Assembly (NCBI RefSeq): GCF_963921235.1
Contig: NC_086097.1
Location: forward strand, 78,556,001-78,620,000
Direction: 5' to 3'
Source: Mobula hypostoma
Taxonomy: Eukaryota
DNA: 64,000 nucleotides
The notes below the pieces were generated by a model. That model worked only from the letters and a program-made list of their open reading frames with translations, was not told where the DNA came from and searched no databases. Both the position numbers and the translations under genes were made by a program. Positions 1 through 11,550 of the stretch are shown here, piece by piece. Position 1 is the stretch's first letter. Each line of letters begins with the position of its first letter.

Positions 1-1070
1 CTATAAAAGAATCACCAAAACTGTACAAAGTGCTCCAAGTGTAGCCTCATTAATGACTTATATAACATAGTATCGCAACTCCTATTCTCAGTGCCCTGAC
101 TGATAAACACCAGCGTGATAAATGCATTTTACACAACCCTGTCTACTTGTGAAGCCACTTTCAACAAACTATGTACCAAGTCCCTCTGTCCCATTACACT
201 CTGTATAACCCTACTTATCATCACATAAATCCTACATGTTTAAATTTTCCAAAATACATCAACCCGCATTTATCTGCATTGAAATCCATTTGCCGCTCCT
301 TGACTGTCTTCCCTTCCTGATCAAGATCCCCTTAAAATTATTTTAAGGTTACATTTATCTGTCGCATGTACATTGAAACATACAGTAAAATGCGTTATTT
401 GAATCAATGATCAACAGGGTCCGAGGATGTGCAAGAGGCAGCCCACCAGTGCTTTCATGCTTCCGGCACCGACACAGCAATCCCACCACTTACTAACCCA
501 AACGTGTACACCTTTCGACTATGGGAGGAAACTGGAGCACCTAGAGGGAACCTGTGCAGTTATGGGGAAAACATACAAACTCTTTACAGAGAGCAGCGTG
601 AATTGAACATGGGTTACTGAAACTGTAATAGTGTCAGTAACCACCACACTACCATGTTGCCCTCCTGTAATCTTCGATAACCTTCTTCACTATCAAAATC
701 TCTTAATTTTATGTCATCTGCAAGCTTCCTGATCAAGCTTTATGCATTCATATCCAAGTCATTGATATAAATAACAAATAACAAGGGTTCAATCACTGAT
801 TCCTGCAACATACCACTAGTCATCAATCTCCATTCGAAGAAACAAATTTCAAACAACACCCTCTGCTTCTTACCTTTCAGACAACTTTGAATCTACCTAA
901 CTACCTCTCTGTGAATTCTTAGGCTATGCTGGACCCTATCAAAGGCTTTGCTTAAGTCCTGATAGATAACATTCACTACTCTACCCTCGTGTACCCTTTT
1001 GGCTACCTCTTCAAAGAATTTGTCAAACACAACTTTATGTGCATAAAGCGATGCTAACTCCTTCAGCAGG
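1..1070 (-). mobile_element. Decayed CR1-clade LINE ORF2 (RT) fragment, interrupted by a SINE at ~345-662
   Basis: Minus strand resembles the CR1 RT of the clearer copies in the window (e.g. tcatctgcaagctt as the KFADD region, tcaaaggctttgcttaagtcc as the DFSKAFD region). No intact ORF; ends approximate. Confidence 0.7.
345..662 (-). mobile_element. tRNA-derived SINE (V-SINE-like)
   Basis: Reverse complement begins gggcaacatggtagtgtggtgg (A-box-like), has a B-box-like ttcaattc and the core tgctccagtttcctcccatagtc, also seen at 25668 and 35545. Confidence 0.6.
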
Positions 1071-2107
1071 TTTTATAAATCAGCTGATCTGTACTGGTAA
1101 CTAAGACCCCGCAGCAAATTATATAGTTTTTTAGTCAATGGTACAAACAATAACGTTCAGAACCCTATTTCAAAGGAAATGTTGGCTTCTGTAAAATAGA
1201 TTAAGCCGATTGCTTTGGCATTTGATTAAAATGTTGCAAGGCAACTTATCAAAATCATACAAATTCCCAGAGGCATTTCTGTCTCCAAAAAGAACAAAAA
1301 ACTATATCCTTTCTATACTTTCTCTATGTAGTAAGCTATTCGAATTCCTAGACTTCTATTAACATTGCATTATTACAAAAAATATTCTGTTTTTCTTTAA
1401 ATTTTATTTCTTTTGAGATTTTAGATAAACAATAATTCTTTGCCAGGACTGGAAAATTTTTCTTGCCAACAATTTAGCCCAAAGGTGGAAAGTACGTTCC
1501 AGCTCCAATAAGATAAATACACACCGCAAGTCACCAGAATGCTGATTCCCATGAATTTTTGGCAAGTTAAAAGGCAAATGCAATACAAATCCAAATATGC
1601 CAAAAGAATATCACTCAGAAAGAAATACTAAAAAGTTATTGCAATAAAAATACTTCCATTCTCTACAATGTTTATTTACAATCTTATTATATTGTAACAA
1701 TGTAGAGGACATTTTAAACTCATCCACCCATCTTGCACCCAAATGCAAGATTGGGAAGAATATAAGGTAGATATCTGATCTTATTTAAAGCTTCTCTTTG
1801 ATGCTGGCAGTATGAATTTGTCAATATGATTGATTCCCGTTTCTCTCCTGAAATAACATCAAAATCATATCAAAACTGCTACTACATGAACTGAAATGGT
1901 TCAAGAAGATGGCTTACTACCATCTTCAAGATTAATTAGGATAGACTCCCACATCCATTTTGTGATGGAGCAACTGATGAGTGTAAGCAAAAGAAACAAT
2001 GACATTCATCACTGGATGGTGAAATCTGTGCTTCACATAGTAAAGCAACACACATCAAAGTTGCTGGTGAACGCAGCAGGCCAAGCAGCATCTATAGGAA
2101 GAGGCGC

Positions 2108-2143
2108 AGTCGACGTTTCAGGCTGAGACCCTTCGTCAGGACT
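2108..2143 (-). ncRNA. Minimal type I hammerhead ribozyme (left pseudo-LTR)
   Basis: Minus strand reads AGUC-CUGACGA-AGGGUCUCAGCCU-GAAAC-GUC^GACU: both catalytic boxes, stem I AGUC/GACU, short stem II, palindromic ACGU stem III. Confidence 0.8.
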
Positions 2144-2435
2144 AACTTTAGGAAGAGTGAGTAAGGGATTTGAAAGCTGGAGGGGGAGGGGGAGATGCAA
2201 AATGATAGGAGATGACAGGAGGGGGAGGGATAGAGCCGAGAGCTGGACAGGTGATAGGCAAAAGGGGATACGAGAGGATCATGGGACAGGAGGTCCGGGA
2301 AGAAAGACGGGGGGGGGTGACCCAGAGGATGGGCAAGAGGTATATTCAGAGGGACAGAGGGAGAAAAAGGAGAGTGAGAGAAAGAATGTGTGCATAAAAA
2401 TGAGTAACAGATGGGGTACGAGGGGGAGGTGGGGC

Positions 2436-3719
2436 CTAGCGGAAGTTAGAGAAGTCAATGTTCATGCCATCAGGTTGGAGGCTACCCAGACGGAATATAA
2501 GGTGTTGTTCCTCCAACCTGAGTGTGGCTTCATCTTTACAGTAGAGGAGGCCATGGATAGACATATCAGAATGGGAATAGGATGTGGAATTAAAATGTGT
2601 GGCCACTGGGAGATCCTGCTTTCTCTGGCGGACAGAGCGTAGATGTTCAGCAAAGCGGTCTCCCAGTCTGCGTCGGGTCTCACCAATATATAAAAGGCCA
2701 CATCGGGAGCACCGGACGCAGTATATCACCCCAGTCGACTCACAGGTGAAGTGATGCCTCACCTGGAAGGACTGTTTGGGGCCCTGAATGGTGATAAGGG
2801 AGGAAGTGTAAGGGCATGTGTAGCACTTGTTCCACTTACACGGATAAGTGCCAGGAGGGAGATCAGTGGGGAGGGATGGGGGGGACGAATGGACAAGGGA
2901 GTTGTGTAGGGAGCGATCCCTGCGGAATGCAGAGGGGGGGGGAGGGAAAGATGTGCTTAGTGGTGGGATCCCGTTGGAGGTGGCGGAAATTACGGAGAAT
3001 AATATGTTGGACCCGGAGGCTGGTGGGGTGGTAGGTGAGGACCGGGGAACCCTATTCCTAGTGGGGTGGTGGGAGGATGGAGTGAGAGCAGATGTACGTG
3101 AAATGGGGGAGATGCGTTTAAGAGCAGAGTTGATAGTGGAGGAAGGGAAGCCCCTTTCTTTAAAAAATGAAGACATCTCCCTCATCCTAGAATGAAAAGC
3201 CTCATCCTGAGAGCAGATGCGGCGGAGATGGAGGAATTGCGAGAAGGGGATGGCGTTTTTGCAAGAGACAGGGTGAGAAGAGGAATAGTCCAGATAGCTG
3301 TGAGAGTCAGTAGGCTTATAGTAGACATCAGTGGATAAGCTGTCTCCAGAGACAGAGACAGAAAGATCTAGAAAGGGGAGGGAGGTGTCGGAAATGGACC
3401 AGGTAAACTTGAGGGCAGGGTGAAAGTTGGAGGCAAAGTTAATAAAGTCAACGAGTTCTGCATGCGTGCAGGAAGCAGCGCCAATGCAGTCGTCGATGTA
3501 GCGAAGGAAAAGTGGGGGACAGATACCAGAATAGGCACGGAACATAGATTGTTCCACAAACCCAACAAAAAGGCAGGCATAGCTAGGACCCATACGGGTG
3601 CCCATAGCTACACCTTTAGTTTGGAGGAAATGGGAGGAGCAAAAGGAGAAATTATTAAGAGTAAGGACTAATTCCGCTAGACGGAGCAGAGTGGTGGTAG
3701 AGGGAAACTGATTAGGCCT
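2436..3719 (-). pseudogene. PLE RT-GIY-YIG ORF, left arm (5'-truncated; a local frameshift is compensated downstream)
   Basis: ORF 2436-3737 contains QTKGVAMG, RYIDD, a Cys linker CKWNKCYTC and GVIY...YIGET. A segment after NRVP is out of frame relative to the right arm. Confidence 0.9.
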
Positions 3720-3729
3720 AGGTGTAGCT

Positions 3730-4902
3730 ATGGGCACCCGTATGGGTCTTAGCTATGCCTGCCTTTTTGTTGGGTTTGTGGAACAATCTATGTTCCGTGC
3801 CTATTCTGGTATCTGTCCCCCACTTTTCCTTCGCTACATCGACGACTGCATTGGCGCTGCTTCCTGCACGCATGCAGAACTCGTTGACTTTATTAACTTT
3901 GCCTCCAACTTTCACCCTGCCCTCAAGTTTACCTGGTCCATTTCCGACACCTCCCTCCCCTTTCTAGATCTTTCTGTCTCTGTCTCTGGAGACAGCTTAT
4001 CCACTGATGTCTACTATAAGCCTACTGACTCTCACAGCTATCTGGACTATTCCTCTTCTCACCCTGTCTCTTGCAAAAACGCCATCCCCTTCTCGCAATT
4101 CCTCCGTCTCCGCCGCATCTGCTCTCAGGATGAGGCTTTTCATTCTAGGACAAGGGAGATGTCTTCATTTTTTAAAGAAAGGGGCTTCCCTTCCTCCACT
4201 ATCAACTCTGCTCTTAAACGCATCTCCCCCATTTCACGTACATCTGCTCTCACTCCATCCTCCCACCACCCCACTAGGAATAGGGTTCCCCTGGTCCTCA
4301 CCTACCACCCCACCAGCCTCCGGGTCCAACATATTATTCTCCGTAACTTCCGTCACTTCCAACGGGATCCCACCACTAAGCACATCTTTCCCTCCCCCCC
4401 TCTCTCTGCATTCCGCTGGGATCGCTCCCTACACAACTCCCTTGTCCATTCGTCCCCCCCATCCCTCCCCACTGATCTCCCTCCTGGCACTTATCCGTGT
4501 AAGTGGAACAAGTGCTACACATGCCCTTACACTTCCTCCCTTATCACCATTCAGGGCCCCAAACAGTCCTTCCAGGTGAGGCATCACTTCACCTGTGAGT
4601 CGACTGGGGTGATATACTGCGTCCGGTGCTCCCGATGTGGCCTTTTATATATTGGTGAGACCCGACGCAGACTGGGAGACCGCTTTGCTGAACATCTACG
4701 CTCTGTCCGCCAGAGAAAGCAGGATCTCCCAGTGGCCACACATTTTAATTCCACATCCCATTCCCATTCTGATATGTCTATCCACGGCCTCCTCTACTGT
4801 AAAGATGAAGCCACACTCAGGTTGGAGGAACAACACCTTATATTCCGTCTGGGTAGCCTCCAACCTGATGGCATGAACATTGACTTCTCTAACTTCCGCT
4901 AG
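3730..4902 (+). pseudogene. PLE RT C-terminal half, Cys-rich linker and GIY-YIG endonuclease (open 390 aa; N-terminal RT missing)
   Basis: RYIDD catalytic motif, FLDL, YYKPT, IPFSQFLRLRRICS thumb, CKWNKCYTC, GVIYCVRCSRCGLLYIGET...RFAEH...GMN. Confidence 0.92.
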
Positions 4903-5194
4903 GCCCCACCTCCTCCTCGTACCTCATCTGTTACTCATTTTTATGCACACATTCTTTCTCTCACTCTCCTTTTTCTCCCTCTGTCCCTCTGAATATACCT
5001 CTTGCCCATCCTCTGGGTCACCCCCCCCCGTCTTTCTTCCCGGACCTCCTGTCCCATGATCCTCTCGTATCCCCTTTTGCCTATCACCTGTCCAGCTCTC
5101 GGCTCTATCCCTCCCCCTCCTGTCTTCTCCTATCATTTTGCATCTCCCCCTCCCCCTCCAGCTTTCAAATCCCTTACTCACTCTTCCTTCAGTT

Positions 5195-5230
5195 AGTCCT
5201 GACGAAGGGTCTCAGCCTGAAACGTCGACT
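5195..5230 (+). ncRNA. Minimal type I hammerhead ribozyme (right pseudo-LTR); predicted cleavage after C5226
   Basis: AGTC CTGACGA AGGGTCTCAGCCT GAAAC GTC GACT. It lies ~290 nt after the ORF stop and ~100 nt before the element end. Confidence 0.82.
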
Positions 5231-5539
5231 GCGCCTCTTCCTATAGATGCTGCTTGGCCTGCTGCGTTCACCAGCAACTTTGATGTGTGTTGCTTGAATT
5301 TCCAGCATCTGCAGAATTCCTGTTGTTCACATAGTAAAGGATAGGTTCTAGGAAAAGGCTTGCCATGGCCATAGTACTCTGGCATTCCTATTGGAAAATT
5401 CTGTTAGGTAGGTTCAACTACTTTGTGGTATGTTGCAAAGTATATACGAACACAGTAAATGAGGCAAACACTAATCACAGAGTAAAACAACATTTTCAAG
5501 TGTCAATGAAGACCTGGAAGTGAAATGGAGGAACTATTT

Positions 5540-5727
5540 CAGAAGTGGTTGAGGCACGTTCGATGTTGTCATTTAAAGTTAAATTGGACAGCTATACGGA
5601 CAGGAAAGGAATGGAGGGTCATGGGCTGAGTGCAGGTTGGTGGGACTAGGTGACAGTAGGAGTTCGGCACGGACTAGAAGGGCCGAGATGGCCTGTTTCC
5701 ATGCTGTAATTGTTATATGGTTATATA
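5540..5727 (+). mobile_element. Short CR1-type 3' end
   Basis: gtggttgaggca...catttaa...gaagggccgagatggcctgtttccatgctgta followed by a short repeat tail. Confidence 0.55.
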
Positions 5728-6519
5728 TTTCATTTTTCTATGGAATGTACAAAAATGACCAACCTTGGCAAAGCAGGCTAGTGACAATGATTTACTGAGA
5801 TTTACTTACTCTTTAAAAGATATAATAAGGGAGTTGTAGCTTTACGAGTAGATAGCGCAGAATTAAAAGAAAATTTCACCAACAATATGAAAGACACTGC
5901 AGGAATTTACACCAAAGTTTCACTCAGGGATATCTAGTGTTTTGAAAGATATTTTTGAGTAGTGGAGCATCAGGCAATGGAAAGCAAGTAATGAAGATAT
6001 TAGATGATTTTTGGGCCTTTTTTGTTTTATGTTTCAAATGCCGTTATAAGTTCACTTTAAATTAATCAGGAACTGCAATACCCAATTATTTTCTGCAAAT
6101 CTTATTTTCTAACAAAAAGTTTTAGAAATATCTGGGTGAGGGAATAGAATTTTTATATTCCAATATGGAATATCCTCAGTTTTCTATTATTGATATGAAA
6201 TATGTTTATTAGCATTCCTCTTTTTAAATTTATTTTAACCTTTTATGCTTTCACAAAATTCAATTCAATTACTAACTTCATTTAAAAAGTAAAATCCCAA
6301 GTATTCACAAGACACTGCCAAATATTTAAGTATTTCCTTTTGTTTTTCTTCAATCAATTGTCTAACCCAATTTTGAAAATAGTTATGTCCCAAGATTGCT
6401 GTATTTTGAAAAATGTTTGCTTTGTTCTACTCTCCAGAATCGTTATGACTGAGCTATTTAGGCCTACAAGCTTGATTTAACTATAGTTGAGAGCATACAA
6501 GCTTGATTTAACTTTAGTT

Positions 6520-6808
6520 GAGGGTTGAGGACACAGTTTTAAGGTGCTTGGAAGTAGGTACAGAGGAGATGTCAGGGGTAAGTTTTTTTTTTACGCAGAG
6601 AGTGGTGAGTGCGTGGAATGGGCTGCCAGCAACAGTGGTGGAGGCAAATACAATAGGGTATTTTAAGAGACTCCTGGGTAGGTACATGGAGCTTAGAAAA
6701 ATAGAGGGCTATGGGTAACCCTAGGTAATTTCTAAGGTAAGAATATGTTCAGCATAGCATTGTGGGCCGAAGAGCCTGTATTGTGCTGTAGGTTTTCTAT
6801 GTTTCTAT
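6520..6808 (+). mobile_element. CR1 LINE 3' end
   Basis: FFTQRVVSAWNGLP ORF2 C-terminus, 3' UTR and GTTTCTAT tail; same family as 58231-59327. Confidence 0.8.
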
Positions 6809-7869
6809 AACTCTGCTATGATTGCTTTCCAAACTCTTGCCTTTGGCCCATATTCCTCAACACTTTTGATGAACAAATGCAATTCATTCAGCACCATGAG
6901 ATGATCTGCGTGAGGTCAAAACAAATGTGAAAGGTAACGTTCTCCAAAAGGGAAGATATTCAGATATATGAGTGACACTTCCACTGCATTGGACTCAGCA
7001 GAGGAACAGTGACTTGTTGAAGAGAGATTTTGGATACACCTTGCATCAGGACCTGTTTTATGCGAGAAAGGGAGGGCAGCTGAACAAAGATACCATTAAT
7101 TTGTCCAAAATTGCAGTTAACTGCTTTACAAATATTACTTTATATCACTTTGTTTCTAATTATTTGTTGTTGTATTTTAATTAAATGGATTTTTTCATTT
7201 AACTGATTTAATTTATCTTGAAAATATATTCTATCAATTTGAATAGCTGGTAAATGTCCATGATTAAAATCTGTTAAAAATGTTTTTGACAGCTAACTAA
7301 GTGACAATAGCTATCAGGAGATGGGAAACCAAGGTAAGATACTTCAGAGCAAGTCATCAACTCAAATACCATCTGGATCTGGCAAAAGTGTATGCAGAAA
7401 GGGTCCCCAGTTGACATGTACAACCAGTGGACTAGATTCAATTTGATTCAATCCATTTGCCCATATAAAATTAAAATTTCATGTTATGTACTGTCTTTTC
7501 TCTGACTTACGATAAGCCACAACATAAGTCATCAGGCATTCTACAACCCTATTGTACAAACTGGGGTGAGATAAGTGAGTGATAGCACATTCACTGCTGA
7601 AAATTTTTACTTTATTTTGTTTAGAGATACAGGAAGGAACAGGCCCTTCCGGCTCACTGAGCCGTGCCACTAGGTAACCCACTGATTTGCACAGTTTGTT
7701 GTCTTTTGCATACAGTATTGGTTTTATATCTAGTCAGTGCAGTCTTTCATTGATTCTATTATGGTTATTGGGTTTATTAAATTTGCTCACAAGAAAATGA
7801 ATCTCAAGGTTGAATATAGTGACATTTATGTACTTTGATAATAAATTTCCTTTGACCCTTAAACCTTGT

Positions 7870-8640
7870 GAGGTCAGTTATGGTCAGAATCAACTCCTAC
7901 TTAAGCAAGGACCTGAAACCACTGTAATTTGCCTATTACCAGAATAGGTTTACAGCAGATGCAGTCTCACTCTGAATTCGATCCTTGGACAATAGCAAAA
8001 CCTACATCAAGCTGCTATTTATTGGTTACAACTCAGCATTCAATACCATCAAATCCTCAATACTAATCAAAAAGCTCCAAAACCTGGCTCTCTGTACCTG
8101 CCTCTGTAACTGGATCCTTGACTTCCTCATTGGGAGACCACAGACAATACAGTTCTCAAATAAAATCTCCTCTACAACACTGCTCTACTTTCTCTATACC
8201 TACAACTGTGTGGCTACACAAAGTTCAAACCCCATCTATAAATTTGCCCAATGCTTATTAGCTCAGTTTCAGATGGTCAAAGAGGCATACGGGAGTGAGA
8301 CAGATCAGCTGGTTGAGTGGTGGTATCACAACAAAACCCTTGCACCCAATGCAAGACCAAGGAACTGATTGTGGACTTAAGGAAGGGGAAGTCGAAGGAA
8401 CATATACCAGTTCACTTCGAGGGATCAGCAGTGAAAAGGATGAGCAGTTTCAAATTCTTGGGTAATCAACGTCTCTGAAGATCTATTCTGGGACCAACAT
8501 ATTGATGAAATTACAAATAAGGCATGACAGCAGCTATATTTCATTAGCATTTTGAAGAGAATTGGTACGTCATCAAAGACATTTGCAAATTTCCAGAGAT
8601 ATACCAGGGAGAACATGTTATTATGTGTGTACATAATAAA
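7870..8640 (+). mobile_element. Decayed Rex1/Babar-like LINE RT fragment
   Basis: ORF 7985-8368: KLLFIGYNSAFNTI, LCNWILDFLIGRPQ, IYKFA. Confidence 0.75.
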
Positions 8641-8724
8641 GAACATCAGTTCCCAGTGTGCAATGCAGGCCGTTCACCAGAAACCAGATGTGACATTGGG
8701 GAGCTAGTCTCATGCACTCAGGTT

Positions 8725-11150
8725 CTAGTCCTTTTGAAATAGTCCTTACCACTGACTCAACCTGCAAATTAACCCTTAGGGAATCCTGCTCAAGAAACCA
8801 CAAGTTCCATTGCACCTCTGATTTATGAATTTTCTCCCCATTTATAAAATATTCCACAGCTTTATTGTTTCTGCCATAGCATATGACCATGCACTTGCCT
8901 ACACTATATTATGTCTGCCACTTCTTTGTCCATTTCCACAAACTGTCTAAGTCCTTCTGCAGACACCTTGCTTCCTCAACACTACCTTCCCCTCCACCTA
9001 TCTTCATATCATCCACAAACTTGAACACAAAGCCATCAATTTCTACATCCAAATCATTGACATATTTCATGAAAAGAAGCAGTCCCAACACCAACCACTG
9101 CATCACACCATTAGTCACCGACAGACAACCATAAAAGACCCCCTTTGTTCACACATTTTGCCTCCTGTCAGTCAGCCAATCTTCTATCCATACTAGTCCC
9201 TTTCCTGTAATATCATGGGCTTTTATCTGGCTTAGCATGCTCACATGTAGCACCTTGTCAAAGGCCTTTTGAACATTCAAGTAAACATTAGCCACTGACT
9301 CTCTTTTGTCTGTCCTGCCTTTTATTTCCTCAAAAACTTCCAACGGATTTGTCAGGCAAGTTTTCCCACTGAGAAAACTGTGGTAAACCATATATATGTT
9401 GTAACTGGGTTACCTGTCTGGACACACCCCTCTGCTGACTGCTCCTGTGGCTCCTCCCACAGACCCCTGAATAAAGGCCACTGTGCCATTGCTCCTCCTC
9501 TCAGTCCAGGGGCAGATACTCAGCATGGTGGAGGTCACATTTTACTGCTAATAAAAGCCTTTCAGTATTTACTCTACTTCCAGTCTTTTGGAGTTATTGA
9601 TAGTGCATCAGAAACCAAGCTGACTATGTCCTATTTTATCATGTGACAAGTACCCTGAAACTTCATCTTTAATAATAGACTCCAACACCTTCCCAACCAC
9701 TAAGATCAGGCTAACTGGTTTATAGTTTCCTTTCTTTTGCTTCCCTCCCATCTTAAAGAGTGGAGTAACATTTGCCATTTCCTGGTCCTCAGGAACCATT
9801 TCAGAATCTAATGATGCCTAAAAGATCATTACTAATGCCTCCACATTCTTTTCAGCTACCACTTTCAGAACACACGAGCATAAGTCCATCTGGTTCAGGT
9901 GACTTATCTACCTTCAAACCTTTCAGCTTCCCAAGTACCTTCTCCTTAGTAATAGCAGTTACATTCATTTCCATTTCCTAACACTCTCAAATTTCTGGCA
10001 TTATTATTAGTGTCTTTCACAGTGCACACAGATGCAAAATACTAATTAAGTTTGTTTGCCATTTCGTTATCCCCCATTACTATCTCTCCAGCACCATTTT
10101 CCAGCAGTCTAATATTCACTCTCTCTTTTATTCTTTATATATTTGAAAATAACTTTTTGTATCCTCTTTTATATTATTGTCTAGCTTACCTTCATATTTC
10201 ATCTTTCTCCCCTTATTGCTTTTTAGTTGCCTTCTGTTGGTTTCAAAAAGCTTTCCAATCCTCTAATTTTGCACTAATTTTTGCAGTACAAATATGTATT
10301 ATATGCCCTCTTTTTTTAATGCTTGCTTTGACTTCCCTTGTCTGCCACGGTTACCTCATCCTCTCTTTAGAATACTCCTTCACTTTTGGAATGTATTTTT
10401 CCTACACCTTCTGAATTGCCCCCAGGAACCCTAGCCATTTCTGTTCTGCTGTCATCTCTTCTAGTATCCTCTACCAATCAACTTTGGCCAGCTCCTCTCT
10501 CATGCTTCTGTAATTCCCTTTACCCCACTGTAATTCTGATACATCCAATTTTAGCTTCTACTTCTCGCATTGCAGGATGAATTATGTCACATTTTGATCA
10601 CCAGCTCCTAAGGGTTCCTTTACCTATGCTCCCTAATCAAATCTGGGTCATTACATAACACCCAATCCAGAATTTCCTTTCACCTAGTGGTCTCAACCAG
10701 AAGTTGGTCTGGAAAGCAATCTCATTGGCATTCTAAAGCTTCCTTCTCTTGGGATCCAGCACCATCCTGATTTCCCCAATCTACCTGCATATTGAAATCC
10801 CCCATGATTATCGCAACATTGAACTTTTTACATGCCTTCTCTATTTCTCATTGTAATTTGGAGCTTACATCCTGACTACTGTTCTCAGGTCTGTATATAA
10901 ATCCCATCAGGGTCTTTTTATCCTCACAGTTTCTTAACTCTACCCACAACAAGTCTACATCTTCCGATCCAATGTCACTTCTTCCTAAGAATTTGATTTA
11001 ATTTTTTAACCAACAGAGCCACCACACTGATTCTGCCTATCTGCCTGTCCTTTCGATATAATGTGTATCCTTGGATTTTAAGTTCCCAACTATGATCTTC
11101 TTTCAGCCATGGCTCAAAGATGCCCACATCATCATACCTGCCAATTTCAT
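8725..11150 (-). mobile_element. Decayed CR1 LINE ORF2 (APE-RT), with a solo LTR nested at 9379-9610
   Basis: Minus-strand ORFs: GYTLYRKDRQ, NVTPLFK...NYKPVSL, KAFDKV, KFVDD. Confidence 0.85.
9379..9610 (+). mobile_element. Short solo LTR (232 bp)
   Basis: TG...CA termini (TGTGGTA...TGCATCA), internal AATAAA, flanks AAAAC/GAAAC (5-bp TSD with 1 mismatch). It interrupts otherwise contiguous CR1 sequence. Confidence 0.7.
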
Positions 11151-11154
11151 ATAG

Positions 11155-11550
11155 AAAAGATTTACCAGGATTTGCCCAGACTTGGGGGCCTGAGTCACAA
11201 GGAGAGATTGTGTAGATTTGGGGTTTTATTCCCTGGCAGGTGGTAGATGGAATGGTGACCAAATAGGAGATCATGAAGAAGATAGACATGCTGAAAGTGC
11301 ATAGTATTTTTCCCAGGAAGAAGGCATAGGTTCAAGAACAGAGGCGAGCGATTTAAAAATGGACATCAAGGGAAACTTCTTCATGCAAAAAATGATGAGT
11401 ATTTGGAATGAGCATCTAGAAATAGTGGTTAAGGTGAGCATACTGGCAGCATTTAAAAATGGGCAGATGGGACTCATTCTCTGGGCCACACTGTTGGTAT
11501 GAACAAGTTGCGTCAAACAGCCTGTTTCCATGCTGAGTGACTATGGCTAT
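11155..11550 (+). mobile_element. Old CR1 3' end
   Basis: tttaccaggat...aacttcttcatgcaaaaa...tggaatgagc...cctgtttccatgctg pattern. Confidence 0.55.

Larger units (their letters stand above)
2043..5325. mobile_element. Young Penelope-like retroelement (Neptune-like) inserted as an inverted repeat; both arms 5'-truncated
   Basis: Arms 2043-3615 and 3720-5295 are near-exact reverse complements; spacer 3616-3719; extra tail 5296-5325. TSD TTCACATAGTAAAG at 2032-2045 and 5326-5339. Arms encode RT plus GIY-YIG. Confidence 0.95.

Noticed and set aside
2436..4902. RT plus nuclease plus structured RNA read as a retron, DGR or defence-type system
   Set aside because: Motifs and context are those of a eukaryotic Penelope-like retroelement, and both ORFs are 5'-truncated.
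2157..5344. Many overlapping 60-190 aa ORFs within the palindrome
   Set aside because: Antisense or alternative frames of the PLE and its purine/pyrimidine-skewed UTR; they are duplicated only because of the inversion.
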